Shown here one piece after another: positions 8,401-15,158 of a DNA stretch of 64,000 nucleotides. The first letter of the stretch is position 1; each line of letters begins with the position of its first letter. A program made the position numbers and the translations under genes. Source of the stretch: Vicinamibacterales bacterium. GTDB lineage: Bacteria; Acidobacteriota; Vicinamibacteria; Vicinamibacterales; JAMQPK01. The notes beneath the pieces were generated by a model, which was not told the origin of the DNA, ran no database searches, and saw only the letters and a list, made by a program, of their open reading frames with translations. The stretch is taken from NCBI GenBank assembly GCA_035281225.1, contig DATEEI010000106.1:29122-93121 (forward strand), read 5' to 3'.

Positions 8401-10883
8401 GACCACTGCTTCCGCCGGTTCCTCCTCGTCCGCTCGTCACCGTCACGAAGAAGCCTCAGGCCGGCGCCCGCGATTCCGCCGGTGGTGATCGAGCCTCACT
8501 CGCATTCTTCAATGGTTACGGCGGGTTCACACAGGACGGCCGCGAATATCATGTCTCTGCGCGCCCACCGGCGCCGTGGTCGAACATCGTCGCCAACGCG
8601 CAGTTTGGTTTCGTCGCGACCGAGTCCAGCCTCGGGAATACGTGGTCTCAGAACAGCTACCAGAACCGGCTGACGCCCTGGAATAACGATCCGATCGTCG
8701 ATCCGCCCGGCGAAGTCGTGTACGTGCGCGAAGACACGAGCGGAGAGTTCTGGAGTGCGACCGCCTCACCGGCGGGGCGAGGTATCGCGTACAACGCACG
8801 CTTCGGTCAGGGCTACGTGGTCTACGAACACACACACCGGAAGCTGGCGATCGATCTCAGCGTCTTCGTACCGGTCAACGATCCCGTCAAGGTTCTGCGC
8901 CTTCGCGTGCGGAACGAAGGATCGGAGCCCAGGGAATTGAGCATCTGCTACTACGTCGACTGGTGTCTCTCCGACAACCGCTCGCGCTCGGCGGCACACA
9001 TCTTCACCTCGATCGACCAGGTGTGCGGCGCGTTGTTCGCGCGCAACGCGTTCCGCGCCGGTTTCGGCCAGCGGGTCGCGTTTCTTGACACGTCCTCGTC
9101 GACGCGGACCATCACCGGCGATCGAACAAGCTTCATCGGTCGCAACGGCACGCTCCGCGATCCGTCGGCCATGCGTTTCGCCCATTTGCCCGGACGCGTG
9201 GGCGCCGGTCTCGATCCCTGCGGTGCCATCCAGGCGAACGTGATCGTGCCTGTGGGGGAGACGACCGAGGTGACGTTCGTTCTCGGCGACGGGGCAGAAG
9301 AGGGGGCGGCTCGTGAGCTCGTCGCCAAATATCGCGCGTCCGGTGCCGTTGATGCCGAGTTCGATCGGGTCAGGCAACTCTGGAATGAGCGGCTGGGCGC
9401 CGTCGAAGTGCGGACTCCCGATCGCGCGCTCGATGTGCTGACGAATCGATGGCTGGCGTATCAGACGCTCAGCTGCCGCTTCCATGCGCGATCGGCGTTC
9501 TACCAGTCGGGAGGCGCGTTCGGCTTCCGAGATCAGCTGCAGGACGTGCTGTCGCTCCTGCACTGCGAGCCCGGTATCGCACGCGAGCACATCCTTCGAG
9601 CCGCGGGGCGGCAGTTTGCCGAAGGGGACGCGCAACATTGGTGGCATGAGCCGTTCGGGGAGGGCGTACGCACGCGGATCCAGGACGATCGCCTCTGGCT
9701 CGTCTATGCCACGCTCCACTACGCGCGCGTGACAGGGGATTGGGACATCCTCGACGTGAAGGCACCCCTCATCGACCAGCGAGCCCCAGGGCCCGACGAG
9801 CACAGCGTGTACGAGCGTCCTGTGGTGCTGCCGGTCGAGATCTCGCTCTACGAACATTGTGTGCGTGCGATCGGCCGTTCGCTTGATACGGGCGCACACG
9901 GGCTCCCGCTCATGGGGACTGGCGATTGGAATGACGGAATGGACGAGGTCGGCGCCCATGGCCAGGGAGAAAGCGTCTGGCTTGGGTGGTTTCTCGCCTC
10001 GCTTCTATCTCCGTTCGCGGCGATCATGGAAGCCCGCGGCGATATTCAGCACGCCACCCTGTATCGCGCGCATGCGGCCCGCCTCGTCCATGCACTCGAG
10101 GAGTCGTGGGATGGCGAATGGTACCGCCGCGCGTACTTCGATGACGGCACGCCGCTCGGGTCGAGCCGCAACGCTGAGTGCCGTATCGACTCCATCGCGC
10201 AGAGCTGGTCCGTCATCTCCGGACTCGGCAACACCGAGCGTGCCAGGCAGGCGATGCAGTCGGTCGATCGGTGGCTCGTCGACCGCGACGCGAGACTGGT
10301 GCTGCTCTTGACGCCGCCGTTCGACAAAGCCGAACCGACTCCGGGCTATATTCGCGGCTACGTGCCGGGCGTGCGCGAGAACGGCGGACAGTACACGCAC
10401 GCAGCGCTCTGGGTTGTGCTGGCTCAAGCCCTACTGGGCCGTGGCGATGCAGCTCACGAGCTGCTCAGCTTCATCAATCCGATCAACCGCACCGCCGATC
10501 TCGACCGCACGAAGGTGTACCGAGTGGAACCCTACGCCGTGGCGGCCGATATCTATTCAGCGCCCGGTCATGTCGGCCGCGGCGGCTGGACCTGGTACAC
10601 GGGCGCCGCTGGTTGGATGTACCGCGTGACCATTGAACACATTCTGGGGATTAGGCGCGAAGGCGAGTGGTTGCTCATCAATCCCTGTGTGCCGGCCGAA
10701 TGGCCAGAGTACCAGGTGACGCTTCGTATTCCCGGCGCGGAATATCGCATCGAGGTCGAGAATCCAGAGAAGACGGGCTGCGGTGTGCGGGCGGTCGAAC
10801 TGGACGGCCAGCCCGTCGACGCCCAGCGTGTCAGGCTCGAACCCAGCAGCGGCCCCCACGTCGTGCGCGTCAGGTTGGGCTGA
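2424..10883 (+). CDS. ndvB: Cyclic beta-1,2-glucan synthase (NdvB/ChvB/Cgs-like; membrane GT84 domain plus C-terminal GH94-like phosphorylase domain)
   Basis: 2819-aa single ORF. GT motifs ITLDSDTDLP, LSHDLFEG and HRWVRGDWQ, plus internal TM clusters. C-terminal GH94-type motifs GFRDQLQD and GTGDWNDGMD. GTG start, so the N-terminus is uncertain. Confidence 0.85.
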   Translation: MHPSEAPPTTIPDADDDFPGARAPLPLEQLESHARQLAVEHRETGGGGPRRELLARLDRNADRLENIYKKLSEEGFTSKPETPSEEWLRDNHYVVRVQLLEIRRNLPRKYYEELPTLTAGRWRRYPRVYVFARNFVTHTAGRFDQESLRRFADAYQDVTPLTIGELWAIPIMLRLALVENLCGLAVGTLRAKQEREAARKFAAKLLSLPDKTQPPLHLAAKTSATFVVEILHNLRDQSVASTTAWRWLQTRLGARGQSPDEVLRLEQHREAIDQLSIANIITTMRVLSALDWPAFVEGVSRVERILRRDPAGAYADMDQPTRDRYRKSVEQLSRRSGADELDVAERAVRLAETAQREHPDADRRHHVGYYLISRGRFELERALRYFPTVPERLSRLIFKHPAISYLGSVALTTVVFEASLLIYARNSGASVPMMLLVALVTILPVSELALSFLNTILTTIIPPRPLPKLALRHGIPDHLRTIVAVPTILSSEGRIRELVDALEVRSLANHDDNLRFALLSDFVDADSETLPDDKALVELAIELITTLNVQHGAERFYLLHRNRRWNASEGKWMGWERKRGKLHELNRLLRGAQDTSFAVQIGNVDLLQSMRYVITLDSDTDLPLDVGLKLVGTLAHPLNRARFDAISGRVTEGYSVLQPRVAIGAVSASATSFSEVFSGHVGIDPYTSAVSDVYQDLFGEGSYVGKGIYDIDAFERALQNRVPENALLSHDLFEGLFARVALCTDVEVIDDFPTHYVTWIARLHRWVRGDWQLVPWLGGKAMLPAIARWKIFDNLRRSLLPPALVALLAAGWLVLPGGPSLWTGTAFLVLFFPAYVQWGQTFTNRARGVRFRDHLRAEQANLLASLHQVLLTSAFLLHQSAVMVDAIGRTLMRLFTKKHLLEWVTAADSAERLSGERANVLRHMWSAPVLAFALALAVAVLAPASLGWAVPVVVLWGSSPFLAYETGLPREDRRRSLDTRDRRQFRKVARLTWRFFEELLTPGDNWLVPDNYQEGRSDPIAHRTSPTNIGLQMMAIVSAWDLGYISRTQCLTRLERTFESLLRLPKYRGHLFNWYDTQSLVPLAPLYVSTVDSGNLLGYLLTLKAALAAMVEEPPVIDRRVQEGLCDTIDAFEREGAAPLATLGREAARDLRNDLRRLRIELDALPTTVESSAKWLLRISDELAVLASRVHDAEDRMPASASQLASAAWWLDAAASIITEQRRELAAMSKAPDDTREALRGTAHRLAAAADAFAEETELEFLFDRQRHLFAIGYNVTEGRRDSTFYDALASEARLASFIAIAMRHVSQEHWFKLGRLMTPVGPHRALVSWSASMFEYLMPLLIMRTYPRTLLNETYEAVVTRHIEYASRLGVPWGISESAYNVQDTAGNYQYRAFGVPGIGLKRGLADDLVVAPYASLLAAPFRPREVLANLEYLDSEGALGPMGYYEAIDYTSDRVEPGERRAVIRTYMAHHHGMSLVALNNCLNGNIMQARFHAEPRVQAAELLLQERSPHLVPLDRPPEEHKVQEAPGRVAQALVRRYVTPHTVTPRAHVLSNGSMSVMVTNSGGGYTRWRDVAVTRWREDATCDGWGSFCYIRDVETLAFWSAGFQPSGREADSYEVTFAPDRAVIRRRDEDIETFTEVTVSPEDDAEIRRVSVTNHSRVLRELELTSYMEVVLAPQASDVAHPVFSNLFIATMRVPEHQAILCARRPRSRERRLYMGHVLASRGRIGEEVQFETDREHFVGRGGTIGSPVALMADKPLSGATGAVLDPIASLRVRVKVPPGVTVRLSFATVVGENEDGVRALIEKYHDPQVSARAFALASTHSEIELRYLGVSREDEARYQRLAARVIYADPRLRSPEAVLRNTGTPPDLWKYGISGDLPIVLVTVADGGEVGLAKELLRGQEYLRARGFVFDLVILNELPTSYRQDVQDELQRMAESGPSHAWIDRPGGLFLRRADSMTEPDRVLLRAVARAIFEGSRGGFEVQLRRPLLPPVPPRPLVTVTKKPQAGARDSAGGDRASLAFFNGYGGFTQDGREYHVSARPPAPWSNIVANAQFGFVATESSLGNTWSQNSYQNRLTPWNNDPIVDPPGEVVYVREDTSGEFWSATASPAGRGIAYNARFGQGYVVYEHTHRKLAIDLSVFVPVNDPVKVLRLRVRNEGSEPRELSICYYVDWCLSDNRSRSAAHIFTSIDQVCGALFARNAFRAGFGQRVAFLDTSSSTRTITGDRTSFIGRNGTLRDPSAMRFAHLPGRVGAGLDPCGAIQANVIVPVGETTEVTFVLGDGAEEGAARELVAKYRASGAVDAEFDRVRQLWNERLGAVEVRTPDRALDVLTNRWLAYQTLSCRFHARSAFYQSGGAFGFRDQLQDVLSLLHCEPGIAREHILRAAGRQFAEGDAQHWWHEPFGEGVRTRIQDDRLWLVYATLHYARVTGDWDILDVKAPLIDQRAPGPDEHSVYERPVVLPVEISLYEHCVRAIGRSLDTGAHGLPLMGTGDWNDGMDEVGAHGQGESVWLGWFLASLLSPFAAIMEARGDIQHATLYRAHAARLVHALEESWDGEWYRRAYFDDGTPLGSSRNAECRIDSIAQSWSVISGLGNTERARQAMQSVDRWLVDRDARLVLLLTPPFDKAEPTPGYIRGYVPGVRENGGQYTHAALWVVLAQALLGRGDAAHELLSFINPINRTADLDRTKVYRVEPYAVAADIYSAPGHVGRGGWTWYTGAAGWMYRVTIEHILGIRREGEWLLINPCVPAEWPEYQVTLRIPGAEYRIEVENPEKTGCGVRAVELDGQPVDAQRVRLEPSSGPHVVRVRLG

Positions 10884-10973
10884 CACCGCAGACGGCGCGA
10901 GTACTCATATCCTTCCACGCTTCCTCCGAGCCGATTCTCAGACCGTTTGCGCATACAGGGGAGAGGAGGCTAA

Positions 10974-11621
10974 ATGCGGCTGTTTATCCCTGTTCTTTTC
11001 TGTGTGGCATTCCCGGCGTGGAGCGAGGCCCAGATAGCGCTCCCCCGTAACGACGCCACCTTCTCCATCGGCTGGGCGGGCTCCGAGCACGGGCTCAGCG
11101 ACTATGACAGGTGGGACGCAAGCCTGTTTCTGGGCGCTGGCGGCGGTCACTACTGGACCGATCATCTGAAAACAGAGGTCGAAGCCGGTTGGCACCATAC
11201 AGTCGACAAAGAAACGTACTCGGAAATCATCATCGGCGGGCTTCGAACATCGGGGCACTCGAGACACCGGACCCGCGATGTCCGGCTCGCCGTGGGGCAG
11301 TCGTACCAGTTCGGCCGTAACGAGTGGATGCATCCTTATGTCGGGGCCGGTGCCGATGTCATCCGGCGCACCATCGACCTCGACCGTCCGGCCCAAACCG
11401 GCTACGTGTATGGCAACACGGCACCGAGCCGGCCGCCGACCAATGTCCTGATCCCGGCGCTGCGTACCAGCGAGACGAGCACGCTCGTTCGCCCATTTAT
11501 CAAAGCCGGCGCGAAGATGTATGCCTCCGAACGGCTGTTCTTCGTGACGGACCTCAAACTCGGATTCGACCGCGATGTCGATCACGTGCTGTGGAAGATC
11601 GGCGTGGGGTTCGACTTCTGA
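10974..11621 (+). CDS. Small outer-membrane beta-barrel protein (module A, copy 1)
   Basis: Signal peptide MRLFIPVLFCVAFPAWSEAQ, alternating beta-strand pattern and C-terminal ...WKIGVGFDF (terminal Phe). GGAGAGGAGG Shine-Dalgarno sequence upstream. Paralog at 12086. Confidence 0.55.
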   Translation: MRLFIPVLFCVAFPAWSEAQIALPRNDATFSIGWAGSEHGLSDYDRWDASLFLGAGGGHYWTDHLKTEVEAGWHHTVDKETYSEIIIGGLRTSGHSRHRTRDVRLAVGQSYQFGRNEWMHPYVGAGADVIRRTIDLDRPAQTGYVYGNTAPSRPPTNVLIPALRTSETSTLVRPFIKAGAKMYASERLFFVTDLKLGFDRDVDHVLWKIGVGFDF

Positions 11622-11633
11622 AGGAGACCTGAC

Positions 11634-12023
11634 ATGAGACGAGTCATATCAGCCATCGTGATGGTGGCAATCCTGGTGCCGGGCATCGCGCTTGGCGCTC
11701 AGCATACCGACCCGGGGCAACGCTCCCGCGAGTACTGGTTCGCATACGCCTCGAAGCTGCCGATTGGCTCGACGGTCCGCGTGCGGACAGCCGATGGCAA
11801 ACGCCAGACCGCCGTCTTGGCCATGGTGGACGCGGAGGGCATTACGCTCGAGCCGAAGGCGCGAGTTCCGGAACCGCCGCGCCGTGTGCCGTTCGAGCAA
11901 CTGCAGCAACTCGAGTTGAAGCAGAATGGGTCGAATGTCGGAAAGACGATCGCAATTGGCGCGGGCATCGGCGCCGCCACCTTCTTCGCCATCGTTCTCG
12001 CCTTTGCGGCGGCGTTGGACTGA
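11634..12023 (+). CDS. Small secreted/anchored protein (module B, copy 1): signal peptide, beta-rich domain, C-terminal Gly-zipper hydrophobic helix
   Basis: MRRVISAIVMVAILVPGIALGAQ signal peptide and C-terminal GAGIGAATFFAIVLAFAAALD. Two paralogs follow downstream. No family recognised. Confidence 0.5.
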   Translation: MRRVISAIVMVAILVPGIALGAQHTDPGQRSREYWFAYASKLPIGSTVRVRTADGKRQTAVLAMVDAEGITLEPKARVPEPPRRVPFEQLQQLELKQNGSNVGKTIAIGAGIGAATFFAIVLAFAAALD

Positions 12024-12047
12024 AGATATTTGGTATCTAGGGAACGG

Positions 12048-12064
12048 GTGATCTAGTGAACTGG
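12048..12064 (+). repeat. 17-bp motif GTGATCTAGTGAACTGG (copy 1), identical to 14494-14510
   Basis: Exact 17/17 match read directly. AT-rich and CTAG/GATC-containing in a GC-rich context. Confidence 0.9.
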
Positions 12065-12085
12065 AGCATTCAAGGAAGAGGTTCA

Positions 12086-12697
12086 ATGCGGGTGTTCATC
12101 GCTATTGTCTGCTGCGTGGCATTCCCGGTTTGGAGCGAGGCCCAAGCGATGCTCCCTCGCAATGACGCCGCCTTCTCCATCGGCTGGGCTGGTTCTCAGA
12201 TCCGGTTCCCCCACACGGACCCACGGCGCCCAAGCTACGAGTTATGGCGCTCAAGCCTGCTTCTCGGCGTCAGCGGCGGTCACTACTGGACCGACCACTT
12301 GAAGACAGACGTCGAAGCCGGCTGGTACCGCACGCCGGAGAGGGAGAACTATCAGGATGTCGTTATCGACGGACGTCGCACACTCGTGTCTTCGACGTAT
12401 CGCATCCGCGATGCTCGGTTGGCAATAGGGCAGTCGTTCCAATTCGGTCGTAACGCCTCAGTGCATCCCTATGTCGGGGCCGGTGCGGAGATCAGTCGAC
12501 GAAGCGTCGACCTCGAGCCGGTCCTGCCCGGCCGCACGCCGATCGTCGAGACGAGCACGCTCGTCCGCCCGTTTGTCAAAGCCGGCGCGAAGATGTACGC
12601 CTCCGAGAAGTTGTTCTTCGTGACGGATCTCAAAGTCGGATTCAACCGCGATCTCGACCACGTCCTGTGGAAGATCGGCGTGGGCTTCGACTTCTGA
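12086..12697 (+). CDS. Small outer-membrane beta-barrel protein (module A, copy 2)
   Basis: Clear paralog of 10974-11621, sharing GGHYWTDHLKT.VEAGW, STLVRPF.KAGAKMYASE.LFFVTDLK and HVLWKIGVGFDF. Start set at ATG 12086 (MRVFIAIV...). Confidence 0.55.
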   Translation: MRVFIAIVCCVAFPVWSEAQAMLPRNDAAFSIGWAGSQIRFPHTDPRRPSYELWRSSLLLGVSGGHYWTDHLKTDVEAGWYRTPERENYQDVVIDGRRTLVSSTYRIRDARLAIGQSFQFGRNASVHPYVGAGAEISRRSVDLEPVLPGRTPIVETSTLVRPFVKAGAKMYASEKLFFVTDLKVGFNRDLDHVLWKIGVGFDF

Positions 12698-12708
12698 AGG
12701 AGATATGC

Positions 12709-13092
12709 ATGAGACGATTCATCGTCGCGCTCGTGACGGTGGCGATCGTGAGCTCGAGCGTCGCTCTTGGTGCTCAGCTGCGCGAACCGATGCAACGTTC
12801 GGACGAGTTCTGGTTTGCGTACGCGTCAAAGGTGCCGATCGGATCGACGATCCGTGTGAAAACCATCGACGGCAGGCGCGAGACGGCGGTGCTGACCGTC
12901 GTGGACGCAGAGGGCATCACACTCGAGCCGAAGGCGAGAGTCCCGACACCGCCGTACCGCGTGCGGTTCGAGCACTTGGAGCAGCTCGAACTGAAGCAGA
13001 ACGGGTCGAGTGTGTGGAAAGCGATCGCCGTTGGTGCTGGAATTGGCGCCACCGCCTTCCTCGGCCTCCTCCTGCTTGGGATTAGCGATTAG
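12709..13092 (+). CDS. Small secreted/anchored protein (module B, copy 2)
   Basis: Paralog of 11634-12023, sharing FWFAYASK.PIGST.RV.T.DG.R.TAVL..VDAEGITLEPKARVP. Start at ATG 12709. Confidence 0.5.
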   Translation: MRRFIVALVTVAIVSSSVALGAQLREPMQRSDEFWFAYASKVPIGSTIRVKTIDGRRETAVLTVVDAEGITLEPKARVPTPPYRVRFEHLEQLELKQNGSSVWKAIAVGAGIGATAFLGLLLLGISD

Positions 13093-13103
13093 GGAGTAGT
13101 GAC

Positions 13104-13490
13104 ATGAGACGATTCATATCAGCCCTCGTGACGGTGGCAATCGTGAGCTCGAGCGTTGCGCTTGGTGCTCAGCAGCGCGACGCGGTGCAACGCTCGCGCG
13201 ACTTCTGGTTTGCGCACGCGTCACGATTGACAGTCGGTTCGACGATTCGCGTGAGGACGATCGACGGCAGACGCGTGACGGCTGTGCTGGCCATCGTGGA
13301 TGCGGAAGGCATCACGCTCGAGCCAAAGACGAGAGTCGCGGAACCGCCCTACCGGATTCGGTTCGAGCACCTGCAAGAGCTGGAGCTGAAGCAAGCCGGC
13401 GGGTGGATAGGGGCGACGATCGGCGCGGCGGCCGGCGTCGGCACGTTCCTCGGGCTTCTGGCGATTGTCTTTTTTACGGGCATGGATTAG
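13104..13490 (+). CDS. Small secreted/anchored protein (module B, copy 3)
   Basis: Third paralog, with no cognate barrel gene in front of it. Confidence 0.5.
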   Translation: MRRFISALVTVAIVSSSVALGAQQRDAVQRSRDFWFAHASRLTVGSTIRVRTIDGRRVTAVLAIVDAEGITLEPKTRVAEPPYRIRFEHLQELELKQAGGWIGATIGAAAGVGTFLGLLAIVFFTGMD

Positions 13491-13576
13491 GGGAAGATGG
13501 AAGGTGACAAGTGATCTGGTGATGTGGATGCGATATAGTTATGAACCGCCGCACGTTGATTCCTGCTGCTGGACAT

Positions 13577-13652
13577 GGCCAAGTAGCTCAGTTGGTAGAG
13601 CATACGACTGAAAATCGTAGTGTCGACAGTTCGATTCTGTCCTTGGCCACCA
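13577..13652 (+). tRNA. tRNA-Phe (anticodon GAA), CCA-encoded
   Basis: GGCCAAGTAGCTCAGTTGGTAGAGC D-arm, anticodon loop ACTGAAAAT, GTTCGATTC T-arm, and acceptor stem GGCCAAG/CTTGGCC followed by ACCA. Confidence 0.9.
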
Positions 13653-13660
13653 CTTCACAA

Positions 13661-13702
13661 CTAGTGAACTCGAGAACTAGTGATCTAATGATCTGGAGCT
13701 AG
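13661..13702 (+). repeat. Degenerate, rearranged copies of the TGATCT/CTAGTGAACT motif immediately 3' of tRNA-Phe
   Basis: CTAGTGAACTCGAGAACTAGTGATCTAATGATCTGGAGCTAG shares CTAGTGAACT, GTGATCT and CTGGAGC with the 17-mer loci. A further GTGATCTGGTGAT sits at 13511. Confidence 0.6.
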
Positions 13703-13873
13703 TCGCGCTGTATTCTGACTCGCAGATCGTGTTTCACTGAAGTCGTGTGCAGTTGCGTGCAGTTCGGCCGCAACGAATACGCGGATCATGCTTGCGGCAT
13801 CTGCAAACATGATTGACAATGCGGCGATTGACGTAGCTTTTGTGTCGAAACGAGTCTGAGTGGAGGATTGCCC

Positions 13874-14497
13874 ATGAAATGCCGATTGGTTCTACTACTG
13901 CTGCTTACGCTGGCTGTCTCAGCGCTCCCGCTGCAGGCCGCACCAATTGTCTTTACGGCGACGCTCAGCGGCGACAACGAGGCTCCGCCAAACGTGTCAC
14001 CGGCGACGGGGTCCGCGACCGTGACTATCGACGACGTCCTTCACATCATGCATGTGCAAGTGGACTTCCTGGGTCTCACTTCGAATAACACCGCAGCTCA
14101 CATCCACGTGATCAATGGGCCCGGAGACAGCAATACCAGCGACACCATCGGTCCGGTTGCGACGACGACCCCGACGTTTCCTGGGTTTCCTTCAGGCGTC
14201 ACAGCGGGAACATACGACCTGTTCTTCGGTACGCTTCTGGGTTTAACCTACCGCGCCGGCTGGGTCACAGACAGCGGCGGGACCTTGGCGCTCGCCGAAG
14301 CAGCGTTTTTCGCAGGACTAACTGAAGGCAGGGCGTATCTGAACATTCATACATCCACTTTTCCAGGTGGTGAGATTCGCGGTTTCCTGCAGTCGCCCGC
14401 GAGTAGTCCCGTTCCCGAGCCAGGCTCGTTGGTTCTGCTTGGCACCGGCCTCGCAGGGCTTGTCACGCGGCGCTATAGACGGAGATCGATCTCGTGA
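13874..14497 (+). CDS. CHRD-domain secreted protein with C-terminal PEP-CTERM sorting signal
   Basis: Signal peptide. CHRD-like LSGDNEAPPN...ATGSATV...AAHIHV and YLNIHTSTFPGGEIRGFL. C-terminal VPEPGSLVLLGTGLAGLVTRRYRRR. GGAGGA Shine-Dalgarno sequence 6 nt before ATG 13874. Confidence 0.75.
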   Translation: MKCRLVLLLLLTLAVSALPLQAAPIVFTATLSGDNEAPPNVSPATGSATVTIDDVLHIMHVQVDFLGLTSNNTAAHIHVINGPGDSNTSDTIGPVATTTPTFPGFPSGVTAGTYDLFFGTLLGLTYRAGWVTDSGGTLALAEAAFFAGLTEGRAYLNIHTSTFPGGEIRGFLQSPASSPVPEPGSLVLLGTGLAGLVTRRYRRRSIS

Positions 14498-14510
14498 TCT
14501 AGTGAACTGG
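14494..14510 (+). repeat. 17-bp motif GTGATCTAGTGAACTGG (copy 2); GTGATCTAG is repeated again at 14510-14518
   Basis: Exact match to 12048-12064. Overlaps the CHRD gene stop codon. Confidence 0.9.
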
Positions 14511-14518
14511 TGATCTAG

Positions 14519-14549
14519 AGCCGGGGATCCGACGCGAGAGCGCCCGGCT
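14519..14549 (+). terminator. Possible terminator hairpin (AGCCGGG...CCCGGCT) followed by a T/C-rich tract
   Basis: 7-bp stem, a large 17-nt loop, then TTCTTTCCCTTCTT. Confidence 0.3.
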
Positions 14550-14557
14550 TTCTTTCC

Positions 14558-14599
14558 CTTCTTACTTCTGCCTTCTTACTTCCTACTTCTTACTTCCTA
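14558..14599. repeat. 14-nt pyrimidine-rich tandem repeat (CTTCTTACTTCNNN) x3
   Basis: Copies start at 14558, 14572 and 14586. Lies between convergent genes and runs into the PAP2 stop codon. Confidence 0.7.
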
Positions 14600-15144
14600 C
14601 TTTCAAGGTAGCTCCACTGCGTTCCACCTACTACAAACGCGGCTCCGCCAAGCCCCAGCAGGCAACCCACGACGACATCGCCGGGATAGTGCACGCCAAG
14701 GTAGACGCGCGATACCGCGACGAGCATCGCGAACACCCAGAAAATGGCCCGCCCCTCGGGTGCCAAGCGCGTCAGCGCGTAGGCGGCCGCGATGGCGTTC
14801 GCGGCATGGCCAGAAGGCAGCGATCGCGTGGTCGGTCTGTATCCGTACACGCGAGTTTCGGTGTAGCTCTCGAATGGGCGCGCGCGATTGAAGAAAGGCT
14901 TGGCCACCGTGTCGGCCAGTAGATGCGACATACCAATAGCCAAGAGCACTTGGGTGACGGCTGGCCAACGCCTGGGATGCAGTATCCCGATAAGGACGGC
15001 GAGGACGACCCAGAGCGCGCCACCGCGCGTGACATCGCTCAGGCTGGCCATCAAAGTGTCGATTGACGGAGAGTGATAGGCCCGAAGCCATTGGAAGGCG
15101 GCGGCATCCAGCCTCCCAATGGCATTCAGCAGTTCTGCGGACAT
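14590..15144 (-). CDS. PAP2-family membrane phosphatase (undecaprenyl-diphosphatase / phosphatidic acid phosphatase type)
   Basis: PAP2 motifs KPFFNRARP, PSGHA and SRVYLGVHYPGD; multi-TM. Confidence 0.8.
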   Translation of the reverse strand: MSAELLNAIGRLDAAAFQWLRAYHSPSIDTLMASLSDVTRGGALWVVLAVLIGILHPRRWPAVTQVLLAIGMSHLLADTVAKPFFNRARPFESYTETRVYGYRPTTRSLPSGHAANAIAAAYALTRLAPEGRAIFWVFAMLVAVSRVYLGVHYPGDVVVGCLLGLGGAAFVVGGTQWSYLESRK

Positions 15145-15158
15145 CGGCGTGCCGCGCT

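Noticed and set aside
2681-9959. Long alternative-frame and antisense ORFs inside the glucan synthase gene (2681-3898 +, 6525-7652 -, 8766-9959 -, and others).
   Set aside because: Their translations are Arg/Ala/Pro/Gly-rich low-complexity sequence, typical of off-frame reading in GC-rich DNA. They are fully nested in a 2819-aa ORF that has clear family motifs. No recognisable domains.
13491-13867. Checked the tRNA-Phe flanks for an integrase, phage genes or a duplicated tRNA 3' end (a classical att site).
   Set aside because: There is no integrase or recombinase ORF, and no copy of the tRNA 3' end was seen downstream. Only the TGATCT/CTAGTGAACT repeats are present, and these are reported separately as an open question.
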